DNA of 63,475 bases, the filler included, from Rhabdomonas costata (Eukaryota), in the NCBI GenBank assembly GCA_019059605.1. It is 54 parts of 54 records of this genome, joined end to end, with 100 filler letters (N's around TTAATTAATTAA, not from the genome) between each part and the next. Parts side by side here need not be neighbours in the genome. Positions count along the whole stretch, not along the records: positions 12,959 to 14,035 come from JAHMHO010029829.1; positions 14,136 to 15,215 come from JAHMHO010029830.1; positions 15,316 to 16,392 come from JAHMHO010029831.1; positions 16,493 to 17,569 come from JAHMHO010029832.1; positions 17,670 to 18,746 come from JAHMHO010029833.1; positions 18,847 to 19,924 come from JAHMHO010029834.1; positions 20,025 to 21,101 come from JAHMHO010029835.1; positions 21,202 to 22,278 come from JAHMHO010029836.1; 46 more parts are not named here. One strand, given 5' to 3'. Positions within the stretch are counted from its first letter, which is position 1. Each line of letters starts with the position of its first letter. The notes below the pieces were generated by a model that was given only the letters and a program-made list of their open reading frames with translations, did not search any database and was not told the DNA's origin. This document shows positions 12,959 to 24,919 of the stretch, in pieces. The position numbers were made by a program, and so were the translations under genes.

Positions 12959-14035
12959 GTGTGTTAGCACCCGCTCCGCGATGGAGTTCGGGGTGGGGCT
13001 GCGGGTTGGGGTGGCCAGCGGGATGGCGATCTTCGGGAACATGGGCAGCGACGTGGTGAAGACGTTTGTTGTGGTGAGCGAGGCTGTTGGGCAGGCAGTG
13101 GTGTTGCAGAAGGTGGCCTGCAAAGCCCTTGGGGAGCCCATTCTGGTCACCGAGGCGGTGGCCCGGCAGGTCTCCAGTCCCTGAGCTGTGCCTAAAGAGC
13201 TGCTTCTTTCGGCTTTAAGAGAGACATAGTTCTTGCTTCAACCACATGGTTGGCTTTCTGAATTGGCGGTTGCTGGTAGCCGAGCTCTTTCGTGCATTTC
13301 TTGTTACGCAACAGTGACGGTTTGAAACTGTGCGGGATCGTCTCTCGCTGTCTCCTATCCCCCCCCCCCCGTTGCTTGCAGGTGGAGTGCAGCCAAGACG
13401 TTGTCCCTGCCGGACTGATTCGCCTTCCCAGGGACAAGCTGCTTGCCTGCCATCGGCCTCTGGGGGAGCATGACCCCACCACGGGACGAGACGAGTGGTA
13501 TTTTCTCACCTCCACTCTGTCTTTTTTTATTTTGAAATCACCTTGAAGTGACTTTTTTCTCACATTCCCAGTCGCGATATTTTTAGAGGACGCTGTATGC
13601 ATGTAAATGCTCCTTCACCTGCAAGGTTTGTTTTTGAGAAGCGGACGCCATGCAGCAGTAAGGAAGGGATGGGAACAGAACGCACATGTGGATTTGGCCT
13701 TTTGGAAAGGCTTCGCTATAGGCCCGTTGTTGCACACTTTGCTCATGTTGAGATGTTGATCGTTGCATTGTCACTCCTGTTGTGCTGTTTTTGGGCGGGG
13801 AGTGAGTTCTGTTCCACCCTCACCCACTTCTATCTGGCATCTCTTCTGATCGCAGCACACTTACGGTTTTTCCGGCGTTTCCCACCTTCAAAATAATTCC
13901 ACTGCGATGACCTGCACTCCTCGGGACGACTCTCACTCTTCCCCCTCCCCTGCGAACCTCAGGATGTACACCGTGGACCGGGCCCTGCAAACCCACCAGC
14001 CTGTTCACGACCTGTTTGATTCATACGTCGACCCC
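12959..14035 (+). CDS. Class III adenylate/guanylate cyclase-like protein, exons 12959-13169, 13382-13497, 13963-14035 (partial)
   Basis: LRVGVASG.AIFGNMG....TFVVV.EAV..A..L.......ILVTEAV is the C-terminal half of a cyclase domain. Exons 2 and 3 splice (TG|G) to give DEWMY, a motif typical of discoban cyclases. Confidence 0.8.
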
Positions 14036-14135
14036 NNNNNNNNNNNNNNNNNNNNNNNNNNNNNNNNNNNNNNNNNNNNTTAATTAATTAANNNNNNNNN
14101 NNNNNNNNNNNNNNNNNNNNNNNNNNNNNNNNNNN

Positions 14136-14951
14136 ACATCTCTTCCCACCACATAAAAAAGAGCGTAGCCCAGCTGGGCTTTGACCTCAAACGTCCTGTT
14201 GAATCAAGGAACAACCTTCCATTCCAACGCTGGCTTCGCACTGTCAGCTCCTTCAGGGTCGAGTACCAAGGTGCACCTGGCCACTCTGAAGTCACCAGAA
14301 TCAGCCTAGATTTCCCCCGACATGCTTTCGCCAGCACGTGAGCGATGAAGCTCCACGGCGGGTTGGCGTACAGGCACACATCTGGACTCACACAAAAGCA
14401 AAAGCATTATGGCACAATGCCTCTGTATCCCACTCATCTACTGTAAAATACCTCGGTAGCTGATGATGCCTCTCAGAAGCAAACAGGTCAATGCAAGGTG
14501 TAACCATCAAATTGTAACACATCGCTATAAAACTCGTCGGCTCTAACTTCACTTCTTCTTCCGCACCAAACTCTGGACAAATGGCTCGTCCTACAATTGG
14601 ACGTAACATTACCTCTCCGTAAGCATCATCTTGTGAACTTTCTTCATCCATAACACCCTGTGGAAAATCCTCAAAATGTACTCGCAAAGCATCAAGAGAC
14701 CCCTCACGGAGCCCTTGAACTGCGGCCTGTACAGATCTTTCATCCGCTTTCCTCTGTAACTCTCTGAAACGCTCCGCCATACGGTCTCCCCAAGCTCTGG
14801 CTTCGGTGGAAACCACCACCACCTGTGGTTCCACGTACTGCTCTGGCCGATGCTCTGTAAACTGTTTGCCATCTTCCGGACATCCACTCTCTGAGCCGTC
14901 TTCACTTACCTCCTCCGGATCTGGCTCTGGACGGGTATGGTACTGCTCTGG
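14136..14951 (-). pseudogene. N6-adenine DNA methyltransferase (Dam/DIRS-MT-like) preceded by an acidic linker; frameshift at ~14389
   Basis: Motifs IDLFAS...QLPRYF, AFAFV[W]S...LYANPPW, ILVT.EWPG.PWY. The two ORFs (14388-14834 and 14080-14391) join if one G is restored (GTG TG[G] AGT). Confidence 0.85.
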
Positions 14952-15215
14952 TTAGGCTGCCACAACACCGTCCCCACCTGGAAGCTCTGCGTCTGTAAAC
15001 GCTTCGTCCTCCGCTTCCAGGTCATACTCCACTTGTGGAAAACCCACATAACCCACCTATGTGGAAACCCACTGACTAAACTCTTTCGACATCTCTTCCC
15101 ACCACATAAAAAAGAGCGTAGCCCAGCTGGGCTTTGACCTCAAACGTCCTGTTGAATCAAGGAACAACCTTCCATTCCAACGCTGGCTTCGCACTGTCAG
15201 CTCCTTCAGGGTCGA
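14136..15215. repeat. Self-overlapping contig: 127-bp exact terminal direct repeat (14136-14262 = 15089-15215), unit 953 bp
   Basis: Direct sequence identity. 127 is a common maximum k-mer in de Bruijn assembly, indicating a circle or a collapsed tandem array. Confidence 0.92.
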
Positions 15216-16277
15216 NNNNNNNNNNNNNNNNNNNNNNNNNNNNNNNNNNNNNNNNNNNNTTAATTAATTAANNNNNNNNNNNNNNNNNNNNNNNNNNNNN
15301 NNNNNNNNNNNNNNNGGGGTGGTGGGGTACCCTTACTTTGGGGCACCACAGCCAACCCTCTCGTTTAAAACCTGGAAAAATCTATTTCACCTTGGAGATG
15401 GAGACACGTGCCTATTAGAGCTCCGAGCCCCGCCAAGGTCGGTTATTGATTGAGTTTGAGATAAATTGCGTGGTTCCCTGAAATGACGAACACTGCCACT
15501 TGTGTAACCTGTGGCAACCATGGTTTTTCGATCAACCAAATACTACTTTCAGCCTGAACAATCCTTCCTCTCAAGGATGTCAGCAGAGCCACAAGAGGCA
15601 TTGTTTAAAGCACCATTTCTTAATGACAACTCTTAACGTTTGGAGTGCTTGAGGGTATCGTTGAGACAGGCGAATTTTACCAAGTTTTACAAGCTTTGGA
15701 GGTCAGAGCCAAGATGACATATTGCTGCGGAGGGAAAAATGGGGTTCTGCCTGTGGCGCAAACCTCGTGTCTACCTCACCCCACGAGTCACCACTGAACG
15801 AGCCGTCCTCCTTCTGGAGCGGAAGAATAACTGAGAAAAGGTTGGCACTTGGCACAGGGTGGGCAAAGGTTCAATGGTTGAATCTTCACAGGTCACAGCT
15901 CAAAGCTCCTTGTTTCGACCTGTGTGGATGGATGAATCTTTCTGTCAACGCTGCCTGCAACCCCAGAAACAAGGTACTGTAAATATCCAAACGATCAAAG
16001 GGGATCCCGTTTTCTCCGTCTCATATTTTAGTGTAAAAAGAAGACTAAACTCAAGTCGCTCTTTTGTTTCACACTGTTTGTGGTGACCAGTGATGTTGCT
16101 TGAGCTAAATGTTCTGTTGGCCCTGTAGCAATTGACCCCACAGGATACTCTTTTACAGGCCCGTTCCATCTGCCTCCATCTCTGAGCTTTCAAACGATAA
16201 AAACAGAAAAATATGTCCCTCCGCAACTTGCTGGCCAATGCCCACGTGGAGGGAACACCAAGCAAAGGGTGAGATAC

Positions 16278-16392
16278 AGGAGATTGTCTTCTCCTTGTCC
16301 AGCCGGTCCAGTGCTCCGCTGAGCATGAGAAGCTGCACGGCACTCAGGGTGTACAGCAGGTGCGAGTCATGTCCAACGAAACCCCCCACACC
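16278..16392 (-). CDS. RABGGTB: Rab geranylgeranyltransferase beta subunit exon (GHDSHLLYTLSAVQLLMLSGALDRLDKEKTIS)
   Basis: GHD.HLLYTLSAVQ.L is the conserved RabGGT-beta prenyltransferase repeat. GT donor at 16277. Confidence 0.85.
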
Positions 16393-16914
16393 NNNNNNNN
16401 NNNNNNNNNNNNNNNNNNNNNNNNNNNNNNNNNNNNTTAATTAATTAANNNNNNNNNNNNNNNNNNNNNNNNNNNNNNNNNNNNNNNNNNNNATTGTGAC
16501 TCCAGCACCCCGGGAGGCAGGTGTTTAATATGTCCCTTGTGCAACCCTTTCGATAGTGTGGTGATATGTGCAGCGACAAGAGACCGACGTCACATTGGTG
16601 TGGTTTGAAGTGGCTCAGGCCAGGTTGATGGGGAGGTACCCCTCCAGGCATTGCAAAGGGGTAAGTGCCATGCTTCTCACAAAACGAAAAGGTTTGCAGA
16701 CGGAGAGGAAGAGAGACACAGAGAGAAGATGTTTGGGAACCATCACTATTACTGAATGTGCAAAATGTGCGGAAAACCACTGGAAAACGGAAAACCGGAT
16801 GTGCTCTTTGTTAGTTTTCGGCATCAGAGTGCGAAGTGAGCTTCGAGCTGCTTTCCCCGTGGATGCCGTTGAGACCTTGGCCAAAAACATAACCAGGGCC
16901 TTTGTGGAGAGCAC

Positions 16915-17086
16915 ACCAGCAGAAGGGTTTCCGAGCTCGCGGCCGAGGACGACTTGGACTGCAGCACCTGCGCAGCAGCCACGGCGGAGGCAGGGGGCTC
17001 CAGATGGAACTCCTGCTGCAGGTACGCCGCGAGGTACTGCGAGAGGGCCATGGAGACGGGCAGCTGGGTGAGATCATCCTCGGAGG
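16915..17086 (-). CDS. Probable exon, unknown protein (SEDDLTQLPVSMALSQYLAAYLQQEFHLEPP...)
   Basis: CCCGCAG acceptor, GC3-rich codons, GTGTG donor. Confidence 0.35.
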
Positions 17087-17836
17087 CTGCGGGGTCCACC
17101 TAACCGAACACACACAGATGCACACGGACAGCAAGACTCTACAAAGAATCACGCACACACGCCAGCGCACAGCGCAGCGAGGTTTCTCTGTTTGTTTGTG
17201 TGTGTGTGTGTGTTGGGCGCATTGCGCGCTGGCTATTGCCTGGTTGACTGTTGGTGAGCAATGAGCAAGTGTGGGGTTCTGGCCAACATACGGACAATCT
17301 GCCACGCAGCTACTTTTTCAATCGTGTGTGCGCCTAATGGGTGTGCAGTTTCCTCCGGTGTGGGCTGTTTCTGTCCATCACCCTTTCTTATCTCCTTTTC
17401 ATGTCCTTTGCTAGCTGCTGTGCACAACCCCAAAACCGTAGCTTCTCCTGGTTTGCCTTTTGCAATTTGGCTGTTGAGGTGGTTGTGTTTTCCGTCATTG
17501 CAAAAAGGAAATCTTGCTTAAATATTGTGGGTCCAGGGCTTTTGGTGACCTGAAACGAGAAACAAACACNNNNNNNNNNNNNNNNNNNNNNNNNNNNNNN
17601 NNNNNNNNNNNNNTTAATTAATTAANNNNNNNNNNNNNNNNNNNNNNNNNNNNNNNNNNNNNNNNNNNNCCCTCCCTCTCTGCATTTTTTCGTCAAGCGT
17701 GAGTGATGTCCCGAAATGCGCCACCAATTTCAAAACTTTTTTGTTCACAGCCCGGCGCTTTTCAACCTGTTCTGCTGTAGCGCATCTTGGAGCTGTTGAG
17801 TTTGTAACATAAGTTTTTTTTGGGGGGGGGTCTCAG

Positions 17837-18436
17837 CTCATCAACCTGGCATACGACCGCTGGGAGGGTCTCCTTCGAAGTGGTGCTCCTGCGACGGCAT
17901 GCCGGCAGTGGTTCACAAAAGAGGACCTCTTCGAGCTGCTGGACACCGAGGGCAAGGCCCCCAATGAAGTTCTCCTGCTCTGTTGTGTGAGCCTGTGGAG
18001 AGCTCTGCATTTCCCGTTTTTCCCCTCTGGTGAAGCCCCTCGAAAGGCCGAGGTCTGGTGGTTTTCGAAGAATTCTCGCGTATTTTCCCTATCGCTTTTA
18101 CGGTTTGCAACTTTTTTCGGCAAGCCTCTTGCCTCTGGCATGCCGATAGCCCAACTCTCTGCACGGCATACCTACCCAACGTACAAGATTGCTCCGAAAA
18201 AAGGTGTGGCAGTCCTGTTCCTGTTTAGTGGGGTGAACTATGTGGTGTCATGGCAAAGGGTGCCGGCCTGGACGATCTCCTGCACCCCATGCCCCGGGTG
18301 CCCCCGATGGTCCTCTTGGACAGCTTTGACTCCGCCGTGGCCCTGCTGTGTCAACCCGTACGCCGCGGTACCCTGGCGCTGCCCCTGTTCAACGGCCTCT
18401 TCGCTGACACTGCTCTCAGACTTTGCCCCCGCGGAG
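17837..18436 (+). CDS. Two probable exons of an unknown protein (17837-17986; 18259-18436)
   Basis: TCTCAG|LINLAYDRWEGLL...|GTGAG and AAG|GAGLDDLLHPMP...|GT, with GC3-rich codons. Confidence 0.4.
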
Positions 18437-21400
18437 GTTTTTTCCCCCATCTTGTTTGAGGGAAGGTCGAAACCATACTCTTCCGCCCTTTCCCTTTTGC
18501 TTCCTTTTTTCCTTCTCCGATGTTTTTTCATTCAGTAACCCAAGCGTACCTTCCCGAATCGAAAAGTTTATGAGAAACAACCCCAGCTCAGTTCTCTGAG
18601 CCCTCCTTCCCATTGCTTCCGCTGAAGATCTACCGTGGATGACCTTCTCTTTGCTGTTTTTTGCGTTCCTCAGCCTCTAAAGAGGTAGGGGGGTTGTGGC
18701 GGGCCCGACCCCCTCCATCTGAGTCCCATTTGTCCCCCACCCACCCNNNNNNNNNNNNNNNNNNNNNNNNNNNNNNNNNNNNNNNNNNNNTTAATTAATT
18801 AANNNNNNNNNNNNNNNNNNNNNNNNNNNNNNNNNNNNNNNNNNNNAGGCAGAGAGCCGGGCCAAGGGAGCGAAGTCACGTGGAAGGAGGTGGCCAGCAC
18901 ACGACCCGACCGCATTAGAAATCCACAGGGTGTGTTCCATGGTTTCTATGGAAGAAAGTTGCATTCTCACCTTTTTCCGAGTTTTCACAGGTCAGGCAGA
19001 TTTCAAAAATTTGTCCTTACTACCCTGGTGCCACTGAACGCTAAGAACTACGAGAATTACAGAGAGAGAGAGAGAGGGAGGGAGGGAGAGAGAAAGAGAG
19101 AGAGGTCCTTGATTAGGTTTTTAAAAACTGCGTGAGTCCGTTAATGCGAAATTAAACCTAAAAGGTCGCTTTTTGTTTGAATTTGTGTCGCGTTTCGCCT
19201 TTAATTGTGTTTTTGCAGAGGAGGTGCCGCAGAACCACAGATAAACCGCAGGCGAGAGCTGCGGAAACCCGAGGCACCAGCAGATGGAGATGGTGGAAAA
19301 GGGTGTGGCGTTAGTGCCCCGTAACACAGGACAGGGGCGGTCGCGTGCCCCTTCCACAGCCTTCTTTTTGGGAGATTGGGGAAAGGCATAAGCGGCGAGA
19401 CCCGCTCAGCGAAACCTCTACACAGCCCAGAAGGTGTGGGCACCAAGGCCCGGCCAAGAGACCCCCCCTGTGCCTAAATCAGCCTTCACGAGCCACAAGT
19501 GACCCACCATTGTCTGCAGAGTTGTGCCCCCAGAGGTCTCCAGATTTACGCCGAAGCGGCAACTTTGGGTCAGCAGAACTTGTAGTATAAGAGGCCAAGT
19601 TAGGGTTTATGAATCAAGGCCAAGTTTCTGAATCAACAGACAGTGGCTCTTAAACTTCACTGCCACAGAGCAGGCCACTAGCCTAGTCTTTTGAAAGGAT
19701 TTGCCACAGGACTTCCGCCAGTACACAACCTCCAACACGAGTCCGCACGCAGTGCTCGGGAGGCGCCAAATGAGCCCTCACAACAGCGTTCCTTGGACAG
19801 TACATTATTCTACTTGAATTCTGGAAAGGTCTATCACACATCCTTTCCATCAGATTTTTCAGCAGATTTTGGTGGAAACCAACCGCTTCACCAATGCGTT
19901 TTCTGAAGCTGAACAAAAAAACCCNNNNNNNNNNNNNNNNNNNNNNNNNNNNNNNNNNNNNNNNNNNNTTAATTAATTAANNNNNNNNNNNNNNNNNNNN
20001 NNNNNNNNNNNNNNNNNNNNNNNNAAAGCTGGACGGGAGAGATCAAAACTGTTTGCACTACCAGGTGTGACGAATTGGGACTTCGGCTGGTAAAATGCAC
20101 ACAGCCTTAGAGTATTTAGTGGATATTTTAACCAGATGAAAGAAACAGCAAAGTTACATAGCAGCTGATCATAAAAAATGAAAGAATCTAATACACCCAA
20201 ACTCCAACATTCCTTTTTTCTTCTGCTGCTGATGCTGCATTGTGGTGCTGACTTGTGGTGCTGCATTGCTCTCCTTCTGTGGTTATTTGGCTTTTGTATT
20301 ATTGGGATTTGTGATCCGGATCTTTTTTCCGAGCCCTTTGTAATCGCAAAGGCGTCCTCCAGGGCATATAATACTGACCTTGTACCTTTTGATTTTGCCT
20401 GTTCTCCTTCCTGACGTACAGCAATTCACTGCATGAGCTCGTCCGAGAATATTGAAGGTGCAACGGGTGCAACTGGAACCACTATGCCACAGCCCTGTTT
20501 CGAATCAAGGCTGGAAACTGGCAACCAAATTGGCGTAATCAGGCTTGTTTGCTACAGCCTCACATACTAGGATTTTACTCCTAACAAACTTGAAAAATAT
20601 AATGCCATCCATGTTGGATTGAGTGGCATTATATTTCTTTATGAGCAAAGCAGCTGATGTCCGTTAGAGTCGCTAACCGCCTTGACTGTCGACACCTGTG
20701 TCAAAATGTACGTCTTTCTGTGTAAAATGCCAGTGCGTCTGTTATTTTGTGTGCTTTCCACAACAATTCCAGTATTATTGGGCTACACATTTCTCTGCAG
20801 ACATCAACCTTGGTTGTACTGAAGAAATCTCAAATGTAAGGTTGTTCTGCGTGAGGTTTCCTGAGGTATCCTGAGGTTTCTAATTTACTCCAAAAATTTC
20901 GGAAGTTTAATCAATACCCACTGTGCTGAATTACAAGTACCAACTGAGAAGAAGCACACGAGTCGAAGTTGCTTCATCACCGACTACCTAAGCAGCAGGT
21001 TTAGAGTATGAAATAGGTGAGACAAACCAAGAAGCCAGAAGACAGAGGCCAACATTGCAGATGCACCACTCGCTGATTCGGAGAAATCATCACTACCAAT
21101 CNNNNNNNNNNNNNNNNNNNNNNNNNNNNNNNNNNNNNNNNNNNNTTAATTAATTAANNNNNNNNNNNNNNNNNNNNNNNNNNNNNNNNNNNNNNNNNNN
21201 NGGTTGGTTTGTCTTTCAAGGCGTCGCTGCCCTGTGATCTATATAAACGTCGGGTGCCGAGGCAACGCTGATGGGGCTTTGAGACTGATTTCTTTTGAAG
21301 CCAGAGAGCGGGACGCTTCCAGGTTTTTACCCCGTGGAAAAGAAACGTCCTGAGCGTAGTGCTTGACAGTGACGGTGCATTTGAGGTACCGAACTTTTCA

Positions 21401-22597
21401 CCATCCTTCAAACGTAAGGGTTAGGGAAGGCAACCGCATAGCGGTGTGCGCCCTAACCATACATTTCGGGATTATCAGCGCGTATAAATGTGAATGTCAC
21501 ACACAGTGAAGCGTAACCGCATAGCGGTGGAGCGACTTGACGGAACCACGCATTTAGGAGCATGCTGAACGCAGTTAATCATACGACCACCACACAGAAA
21601 GGGGCCCCACAAACATGAACGTAGTGAATGTGAGTATGGCGTGGTAGGACCAGGAAGGCAGCGACGAGGAAGCAATGATACAATGTGGATGGTTAATCGC
21701 GCATTTGCAAACATACGCCACAAGACATCTGGGGGCGGTTGGGCTTTCATTCTTCTGGGATCATGCATCCGGCGTTAAGGGTATTCATGGACACCCTCTA
21801 CCCCTCACGCCCTACCTTCCGCCTGAGTGTCGCGCTTCTGACCCTTCACCTTGAAATCAGCGTTGGGTATCGGCATCACCCCTTTGTAGCAACACAAAAC
21901 CCAGTGAGACGTAATGGCTGCCATCAACATCCCAGGCGTAGGAAGGCTGGTTTGGATCATGCATCCCCATTGCTGGTTCGCTGCCGTTACCACCGCCATC
22001 AGCGGAGGGTATGTGCATGATGTCATTTTTACCCCTACCCCTCTCAACCCACGCACCCTCCGTCCACCACAAAATCCACGCACCCACCGCCACCGCCACA
22101 GACATCGCGAACACCAGACCCACCATCCGACTCACGCTCCAAACTCTCGCATCCCTCAGTCTGACCTTCGCACCGAAACCAGACACTGAGCCTGACTCTG
22201 ACCCCACACACCTAACACGAAACGCACCCTCCATCCTCCACCATCCACACGGTAATCCATCACATCCTCAACCAACAANNNNNNNNNNNNNNNNNNNNNN
22301 NNNNNNNNNNNNNNNNNNNNNNTTAATTAATTAANNNNNNNNNNNNNNNNNNNNNNNNNNNNNNNNNNNNNNNNNNNNGGGTGTTGGTGTTTTCCTTTTT
22401 CTGCCTGCGTTTTCATTGCTTCAGGAGGGTAAGAGCAACGTTCGGTCCTCGGCATTGTTCTTACCCTCCTGAAGCAATGAAAACGCAGGCAGAAAAAGGA
22501 AAACACCTAACAACCCCGATTCACAATTTCACCTGCCGGTCAAGACAAAACAACAGCTTTGGAATTTTGTTAGAAAACGAAGAAGTGAAAGGCATAC

Positions 22598-22708
22598 TTG
22601 CGCATCAGCTGAGGGGGAAGCCCCCTCCGAAACGGCGAAGAAGAAAACAGGGGTGTGCAACGCGGCCTTGTAGGATAGCCTGCTGCTGAATGATTCAATG
22701 AATTGCAC
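22598..22708 (-). CDS. Exon VQFIESFSSRLSYKAALHTPVFFFAVSEGASPSADAQ
   Basis: CTCAG|GTG...CAA|GTATG, phase 0-0. Confidence 0.55.
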
Positions 22709-23114
22709 CTGAGCATTCAGGGAAGAGAAGAAAGCGCCAACAAGATAAGGATCCAACACTCTCCTCAATTGTTAGAACAGGCGCTCTGGCCAACGGCCCT
22801 CGTGAAGGTCCCAATAACAAGCTGTTGCTGCTGCTGCGTGGTGCAGGCATTCATGTGATGAATACCGGAATAACGCAATTCGACGGACGCGGAACTCTAA
22901 GCTCTGCTGGGTGGGGATATGCTAGCGCGCTAAATCCTCATAGGCGTCGGTGGGCTATGGATCGAGGGGTACAGTCCAAAATGGGGCGCAAACTTCAGAT
23001 GGATTTGAGCCCCTTCAGTGACAGGCGACAACTCCAAGGCATCGCCCCCATTACACAATACCGAGGAAATCCACACCATGGGACACCAGTCCATTGGAGA
23101 AACTATCGACACAC

Positions 23115-23213
23115 CTTCGCGATGCAAGTCACCGACGAAGCTGCGAAGGCGAAGACGGGCGTGTACAGGGTGGCTCTGTATGCTATCCTGCTGGTCATGC
23201 GGACGACCTGCAC
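23115..23213 (-). CDS. Exon VQVVRMTSRIAYRATLYTPVFAFAASSVTCIAK, paralogue of the exon at 22598-22708
   Basis: GCAG|GTG...AAG|GTGTG, phase 0-0, with peptide similarity to the neighbouring exon. Confidence 0.55.
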
Positions 23214-24827
23214 CTGCGCCCCCAAGTGTAGAAGCGGAAATGTGCGCAAACGCGCACATGGTACGCTCGTACACAAAAGCAGCCAGCAAGAGAACGGAGC
23301 ATTCAGCGGCTCCGTTCTTGCAGTCGAGGAAGGCTTTACAGCATACCTGGTGAGCTGCCGAAAGGCTGACCTCAGGTTCCAGCTTCTGCACTGCGACCAC
23401 CTCCGGAGAAGAGTCTACCAGACTTTCGGTGTTCGGCCCACTGTCCTGCAATACNNNNNNNNNNNNNNNNNNNNNNNNNNNNNNNNNNNNNNNNNNNNTT
23501 AATTAATTAANNNNNNNNNNNNNNNNNNNNNNNNNNNNNNNNNNNNNNNNNNNNCACGGTGGGGATCCAGGGCAGGTGCAAGACGCTGGAGAGGGGCGTT
23601 GGATTGGGCAGAGCGGAAACGCAGCGTGCAGAAGTGATTAGCATCAGGACCGTGACAGTGGCTGACACAAAAAAAACATACAGAAGCCTTCACCAATGCC
23701 TCCGGCGGATGCAGACCTCGCATCCCATACTGAAGCATCACAAGACTAATATACGCGACGGAACGGAACGGAACGGAAGCCAGCGGTTCCACCCACGGTT
23801 ACAATTCCGTGGGAGGCACACTTGATGACAGGGGTGCTGAGGTGCCAGGGCAGGAGAAGCATTTACACACAGGACCATTTCTTTATGCCAGAAATGCTGT
23901 AGTGGTGCACGCCACAGAGGACACACCGCTCCCGAGGAGGACTGTTTAGGCATCAACAAACGCCGCGGCGAGGGCTTGTAGGAGGCCAAAGGCTCAGCTC
24001 CGTCCTCGACCGAGTGTTGCTCATTCTGGGCGCGCTTCCTGCGCTCCTTTCTCATGGTGACCAACTCGGCGGGAGCGGAGTCCTTAAGGGGGCATCACAA
24101 AGGTCACGCGTCAATCCCAAAGGATCATAGGGATGAAGTTTATGAGGAAAATAATCCCCCAACACACAAAAAACAAAGGGGACGCTAGCTCGCCTTCATC
24201 AATTTTTCATCCAATTTATAAAGCGCAAGCACTCAACTCGAAGCCAGGAGCACGCCCTCAGCCCAGCGGCTCTGGAAAATTTAACGCTCACTCCCCACCG
24301 CGCCGCACAAACGAAAAACCAAGTAAAGAGAATACCAAAATTCTGTGGACTTCCAAAGTGTGCATTTCACTAAAGAAGAGGCTTGCGCACCTGCCACGCA
24401 TCTGTTGCGGACCCAGTCGACCGCAGCCGCCGGGTCACAGCTTTGGCGCCCCGGGAGGATGCCTCTTTGGCACCTTTACTAAAGTGCTCCCACTGAGACG
24501 GAGGCCACCAGTCGCTAGGGGCGCTCTCGTCGTTCGGATCCTCGGTGACGGGGCTCCGGCGGCCAGTGTAAAAACGCCAACCCTTTGGACCAGAGTCCCA
24601 AACGCGTAATAAAGGTGTGCGCACCCCACAANNNNNNNNNNNNNNNNNNNNNNNNNNNNNNNNNNNNNNNNNNNNTTAATTAATTAANNNNNNNNNNNNN
24701 NNNNNNNNNNNNNNNNNNNNNNNNNNNNNNNCCAAAAAGCATTTAGACAGGTTGTGGGTGGGTTGTGCTGGGTTGTTCCCGAGACCTGGAGAATCTGTAG
24801 AGGGCCGGAAAGTGAAGTGTCAGTCTG

Positions 24828-24919
24828 GTCAGCTTGCCCTTCCCGTTGTGAGCCCCGTCGAGCCACTCACCCTCGTACTTGTCGCCATTGGCGTACGTGA
24901 ACACCCCAAAGCCGTTGAA
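24828..24919 (-). CDS. MORN-repeat protein exon (FNGFGVFTYANGDKYEGEWLDGAHNGKG)
   Basis: Matches the MORN consensus G.G..TY.NGDKYEGEW..G..NG.G. ACGCAG acceptor. Confidence 0.85.

Noticed and set aside
14388-14390. TGA read as Trp (alternative genetic code) in the MTase
   Set aside because: The downstream motif is in a different frame, so a 1-nt deletion explains it and recoding does not.
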